A stretch of 56,692 nt of DNA, counting the filler, from Ionaspis alba (lineage: Eukaryota): the NCBI GenBank assembly GCA_964255285.1. It is 3 parts of 3 records of this genome, joined end to end, with 100 filler letters (N's around TTAATTAATTAA, not from the genome) between each part and the next. Parts side by side here need not be neighbours in the genome. Positions count along the whole stretch, not along the records: positions 37,871 to 56,692 come from CAXUUL010000280.1; 2 more parts are not named here. One strand, given 5' to 3'. Positions 50,937-56,692 of this stretch are shown here, piece after piece; the first letter of the stretch is position 1; every line of letters starts with the position of its first letter. Made by a program: the position numbers and the translations under genes. The notes under the pieces are model-generated. The model saw nothing but the letters and a program-made list of their open reading frames with translations, had not been told where the DNA came from and ran no database searches.

Positions 50937-53375
50937 TTAGGCGAAATTCGTCGAGTTGTTAGTGACACTCAAGGTGTCACGGGAAGGGACTGGACCGGTG
51001 TGGGTCGCTGGTAATCCGAAGTTGCAGGTAATATCCTCAGTGCCGTTCATATTGCCCTGCTCACTCGCAGTTGCAGAGTGGGAGACAGCCTGCCACTGCT
51101 CCTTTGGAAAGTTCTGGACAAGATCCACGCCATTTTCGATGAGTACCTTACGGCCATCAATGACCAAGCCATGGAAAGAAGCCACAGCCTTTTCTACGGC
51201 CGTAATGTCCTTGCAGTGAACAATGAAAGATCCAGGCTCTGAATGAAGCTTCACGTCAACGACCGAACATGCTGTTAGCAGAGCTTTGACAGCATCAGCG
51301 GTGAAAGTCTCCGGAAAGTTACGTAATAAAAGTTGACATCGCGGCTGCAGAGAATGTTTTGGTGCTTGCTCTAGAAGAAGTGCAGCGCAGGATGTGGGTG
51401 TGGAATTTGTTGCATTCTGAACTCCTGGATGTAATGCATTGATGGAATTTGAAGCTGCGCTATCCCCCTTATGCGGTCCATCCGAGCCAACACTGGGATG
51501 GTTCTGAAGCTTAAGCCTCTTGCTGTTGACAGTACAACCAGAATCAGACAGGCTAGACTTTCTTTGACGTAGACCGAGAGTGCTAGTCAAAATTAGTCTG
51601 GGCGGATCATTCTGCGTATTGCCTCTCGAGCGCAAGATATCTGGGTTCCCAGGCATCGGCGATCTTGGAAGATTCTTCTTTCCAGCACGTGCGTCAGTCA
51701 CGCGAGTGGCAAGCTTGTCCTTGACTCCGTCGCGGGATAACCCACGCAACTTGAGCTCATTCCTCAGCTCGTCCCTTGTCATGTCTTCCACCTTCTTTAG
51801 GCCGGGGAACATACCAAGGTGGACGTCGCTGTCAGCATCGGTCGCAAGTTGCAGGATGTGAGGGAGGGATGATATCCGATTTGAAGCTTTCACTGACCTG
51901 ACAGGCGCTTTGTGGGACCGGCTAGATTCGCTCATCAAGTCGTGAAATCGTGCTCGTGGCATGATTGGCGATGGAGTTTCAGGGTTGGAAAACTCCCAGT
52001 TCTCACTGTCTATGCCGTCATCGACGGAATTCTCGGCTTCTTCCTCGGAGTCACCATTGGGCAAAATAGCGACGCGACCGGCTCTGGCGGTTTTGGCGGC
52101 TCTGGCTGTCGAAGCTTCCTGCTTCCCTTTGCTCGAAGTTGTGAATTGAAACCCAGTCTTAGATTTCTGACCGTGAGACGGACTGGAGTCAGTAGCTTTG
52201 GCTTTCTCGTTGACTTCTGCTATAGCCTCTTCTGCCTCTTGAGCAATCTGAGCTTCATGCTTCCTTTTCGCTTCGGCAAGCTGCGTTTCCCTTCTTCCCG
52301 GATGATCGTCCAATTCGGGTGGTATGACCGCCGTACCATTCTGGAGTGCCTCAAATCGTTTTCGGCAAGCATTCGTAGAATAAGGTGAGGTGGGTTGAAT
52401 CTCTCTAAGCTTCTTTCCAACGACCTCCCAGCGCATTCCTTCGATCTTCTGCTTCATTTCGTAGACGATTTGATCGGCAGCGTCTGCTGCTCGCAGCAAG
52501 TTTCCATCCTAAAGGTCTTAGTAATCTCATGGTAAGACTATACCGTACAGCACTCACATCGACGGTATGCCAGTCCGCGAATCCAGCATCAAGTTCTCTG
52601 TCCTTTGCCGCAGCCAAGGCAATGCGTAGACGCTTCCAACGCGATCCAATTGTCTTGACATTGTAGTCGACGCGGCCGGCGTTCTTCAGAACCTGAGCAA
52701 TATCTTTGTCGGTGTGCTTCTCCTGCTTCATTCTTACGATAATCTCATCATCAGAATTCAAGTTCGCTGACACTTTTCTGGCGACAGCGGCGCGACCACC
52801 AGCAACATGGACATTCTGATACGTCCTCTTCTCATTCCGCTTCCCATTCGTGTATGGCTAGAGGTTGGATGTCGAGGTCAGCGGCTATCACGTAAGCTTT
52901 GCAGAGGATACGAAACGCAATCAGATGTGTGCAATATATTCAGTCGAGGCACAATGTAGACAAAAGTTGTATCGGATACTTTAATTCCAATGGCTGACAC
53001 AAATTTGAATGGCGGCCAGGGCGAGGTATTTACAAGGTGTACAAGAGAAATGATATGAGCATACACCCAGCATGAATCTAGCTGCGAGAACAACATACCA
53101 TGTCAGCCTTCGATGATGCCGAGGCACCTTCCATAATTTGATCCGAATCATCACTATCCTCCACCTGGCAATTCGATACTTTATTCAAAGCACTAAATAC
53201 TGGACCGCCGATAGGTTGGTTGACCTCTAGAGTTAAAAATTAGCCATGTTAGCATTTCAGAACCATGTTGTAACGAATGATAGTCAAAGAAAGCTCGTGA
53301 AAGTCGAAATAATTATATTGTGTTGAAGGTCGTCAAGTTGACCAACTTACTTCGAGGATAGTGGATTCTGTTCAT
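50937..53375 (-). CDS. Hypothetical nucleic-acid-binding protein with Myb/SANT-like helical repeats, a SAP-like motif and an RRM-like domain
   Basis: Four exons can be joined. Motifs: KTIGSRWKRLR and RWEVVGKKL...ACRKRFEAL (Myb-like), MTRDELRNELKLRGLSRDGVKDKLATRV (SAP-like), LLLRNFP...AVEKAVASFHGLVIDGRKV (RRM-like). The 5' exons are less certain. Confidence 0.7.
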
Positions 53376-54962
53376 GGGTTGATGAGCAAAATACAGCGAA
53401 CCAGGCATTGTGAAGGATGATTTATTGCAATGACATAAGCTGACGGGTATGGAGTAGTCGCTAGGCTGTGTATAAGTGGCTGTTCTGTAGCTGACGTGTG
53501 GGTTGGTGGAGGGTTTCGCGGTATTATGGTCGCGTGTTTAGCGTCGTGACAGTTCGAAGCCTAAAAAACAACAAATAAAAAAGGGCGGTCGCCACGTGCT
53601 AGAAGCTCTCAACCGAGCAGGCTGCCAGACAGCTCTGTCGAACGGCGGGACACCCTGTTGGAATATAAGGAGCAGTATCTGGAGATCGCTACGCCAGTAC
53701 AAGAAGTTCGAGTTGAGCCGGAAAGAGTACTGGTAGCCCATACGTTGCTGTTAGATAGCCAGTGTGGAGTCTGCATACATGAGCTGCTGGACGACTTTTC
53801 TTCTGCCAATGTTGTCAGAAGATGACCGCGGCAACCTTAGTAGTACGACCAATCTGGATCCGCTTCGCGATGCACTGATAAAGAGCAGGAGTGTACACCG
53901 GTGTTAGTACTTGTGGAGAAAAGTTCTGGAGAAGGGAGGACTCCGGAATTCATGAATGAGGACTGCCATGCAAAAGAGCCGCGACCGAAGTTCACCTCTG
54001 CCTACTATGGTGTGTCATGAGCCTCTGAGCGAGTCACGTTGATGGACACAAGGTGCATTTCTTCAGCGAGAGTACATGCTAGAGTCACTCTTACCAAAGA
54101 CACTAGCATTTGCCATGCCGAGAACCTGCAAGAAACCAGGAGCTCAAGGTCATCTAAGNNNNNNNNNNNNNNNNNNNNNNNNNNNNNNNNNNNNNNNNNN
54201 NNNNNNNNNNNNNNNNNNNNNNNNNNNNNNNNNNNNNNNNNNNNNNNNNNNNNNNNNNGCTGACAAGACGCAAACAGAGCCAAGCAAAGCCGGAGGGTTT
54301 TGAGCTCGTCGCTGAGAGGTACAACACTATGCTTGGATGCGTTGCACAAAGTAAAATCTTCTTCGTGGACTTGGGCTGAGGGTCAATCAAGAAGGTAGAG
54401 CTGCTACCAGATGCGAAGATTTAACAAAAACTGCACGGAGTGAGGTTATGGAACGTTCCAACGACGATGATACCAGTACATAATTCGTTATTACTCAACT
54501 GGCTCGTTGATTACAAGTACTTGTGTGCGATAGGATCATGCTCATGAGGAGAGTCACAGATGGCAGACATACTCGAGAAGACATAGAAGTTTCCTAAACA
54601 CGTACGCATAGCGTGCTTGCAACCTTTAAGGGGTCCGTGGCTACTGCCATATATGTAATGTCTCATTCTATGCCAATATGTATAGAAGAATGGAATGGTA
54701 GTCAAAATACGGTCGCTGCACCGCCATTGGCACTAAACACAATCTGGTGACGGGTGCCAAGGCTGGCTGCTGCGCGTCACAGCAGTGACGGCATGTGGCG
54801 TTCGAAAATCTTGAACGCAATCGATAAACCCCTCCAGCCCCTCGAACAATTACCCGATCTTGAGTGAACATTTTAATACTCTAGAATTTCTATTAAACCA
54901 TTCAAACAATACACCTTCCTCGTGCTGGCCAGTGACCAGAATCGCACATACAATTCACAATC

Positions 54963-56549
54963 ATGATGGAATACTTCAACTTCAAGAAGGCCAAGCACCA
55001 CACGGAGACAGCAGAGAAGGTCGAGACGCCCGTTCTCAATGACGAAGATGAAGCTTTCCTCACAAGAATCACAACCGAGGGGGAGCCACCTCCACTACCT
55101 GCCAGACCATTGAATCTACCGCAGGCGGGTAGTACAAAAGGGAATGACGCGCAGATAGCATTGATGGCTGGCGCTGACAACGTACCACTACCCGATGTCC
55201 CAGATACTCCTGAGGGTGTTATGCCAGGAGTCGGAAGTGAAGACATGGAGAAGGGTAAAGGCAAAGAAGCTTCCTCGAAGGCACCCTTCAAGTGGAGTTT
55301 CTTGCGGCGCGATAGCAGAGACAGCAAGCGCAAAGCCGCCGCGGCCACAGCGACTGATCTAGACAGCATCGCCCAAGGGCTCAAAGCTCCAGATGCAAAG
55401 GTGAACGAGGATGGCGCTGTCACACCTCACGAAGCGAACAAGGAGGAGGAGGAGATGACCATTGTCCTTGATCAATTGAACCTTGCCGCCGTCAACAACC
55501 GCGTCTTCTCAATCTCGAAAGAGTCCCAAGAACTCCTTAGGAAGTACGTCACTCTATAGACCCACGTGCATGTTGGTTTACTCACAATTTCCCAATAGAT
55601 TCACCCTCGTCCTCAAAGATCTCGTCAACGGCGTTCCAACCGCTTACGACGACCTCGAATCCCTTCTCACAAACTCCGAGCATCAAATCCAAAAATCATA
55701 CCACGCCCTTCCATCCTTCCTTCAAAAACTCATCGAACAAGTCCCCACTAAGCTAACCGGCTCGTTCGGTCCCGAAATCCTAGCCGCAGCTGCAGAACGC
55801 CAAGGTCTCAAGTCCGAGTACCTGAACACAGCCACAGGCATGGCATCAAAGCTCGGCCTGAAAGCCCGAGTGCCGAGTCTGAAGGACCTGGTTACAAAGC
55901 CAGGTGCCGTAGCCAGCATGCTCAAGACGATCATGAACTTCCTGAAGACAAGATTCCCGGCCTTTATGGGCATGAATGTGTTGTGGTCGCTGGCACTATT
56001 CCGTAAGCAGTCCGCTCTGTTCCTCGACGCGTGGCTAAATACTAACGCCGAAACATAGTCCTTCTCTTCGTATTTTGGTACTGCCACAAACGCGGTCGCG
56101 AAGTCCGTCTCGAGAAAGAGCGTCTATTGACCGAAGCCGAGATCGCCCAGCTCGACAAAGAGGTCGCCGAAGACCCTGCGCTGCAAACCACCGCCGGGCC
56201 CACAACCACCGCCCCTGAGGGCGCGTCCATGGAGGAAGTGCAGGCAGGCATGAAAGCAGCAGCTGCCGCGGCCGCGGAGGAAAAGGAAGCAGCCCCCAAG
56301 GACGGCGGGGCAAGATACGCACCTGGTGGATCGTTGGCGAAGGACCAGGCGGCGAAAGAGAAGAAGGCCGCTGAGGAGAAGAAGGCTGCCGAGGAGAAGC
56401 AAGCTGACGAGGACAAGAAAGCTGAGGAGGCTAAAGTGGAAGAGACGAAAGCAGAGGACAAATCAGAGGCTAAGATCCCTGAGCCCTCGAAAGAGCAGAT
56501 ATCACAAGTGCCTGAGGCTGGTGAGCCGGCTTCCGACCATGTTGCGTAG
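54963..56549 (+). CDS. Fungal hypothetical protein with one TM segment and a charged C-terminal tail
   Basis: MEYFNFKK...PVLNDEDEAFL, LDQLNLAAVNNRVFSISKES|FTLVLKDLVNGVPTAYDDLESLL, FPAFMGMNVLWSLALF|LLFVFWYCHKRGREVRLEKE. Two introns. Confidence 0.85.
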
Positions 56550-56692
56550 TGGAATCTAGGCTCATAGGGTCTAGCCATTCGTATTAGAGAGGTAGACGCT
56601 GATTCGGTGCTTGGACGCTTTGTGGGAAGAGTGAGAGAGGGAAAGGCAGAGAGGAGGAAACGGCGGTTGCAGGAGGCGCCAAGCGCAGCGCC

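Overview
Gene-dense window from a filamentous ascomycete (Pezizomycotina) nuclear genome, with short GT-AG introns carrying CTRAC-like branch sites. It is a draft assembly with seven 100-nt N gaps, two of which carry an artificial TTAATTAATTAA linker. About 22 protein genes can be supported: mitochondrial aspartate aminotransferase, Ypd1, Mnn11-like mannosyltransferase, homocitrate synthase, sphingosine-1-phosphate lyase, Pth2, Vti1, an FAD oxidoreductase, Rad9/Crb2, mitochondrial L27, a SnaD-like coiled-coil protein, Sen2, an MFS transporter, Nop10, Nob1, Brf1, riboflavin synthase, a CaiB/BaiF CoA-transferase, a PHD protein, a salicylate-hydroxylase-like monooxygenase and several hypotheticals. 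There is also a U6 snRNA gene and a tRNA-Pro(UGG) gene. Two observations stand out. (1) The tRNA-Pro gene has, besides its canonical 12-nt anticodon-loop intron, a 50-nt D-arm insertion with spliceosomal intron signals (GTGAGT...TACTAAT...CAG). (2) Between the CoA-transferase and PHD genes lies a 16-codon minus-strand ORF ending in a CaaX-like motif (MQRQQPMSEINYCFTT), missed by the ORF track. It is preceded by a TATA element and a five-copy repeat array rich in HMG-box-type motifs, and is a candidate a-factor-like mating pheromone gene with a multimerised regulatory array. All calls come from reading the sequence by eye; no database searches were run.
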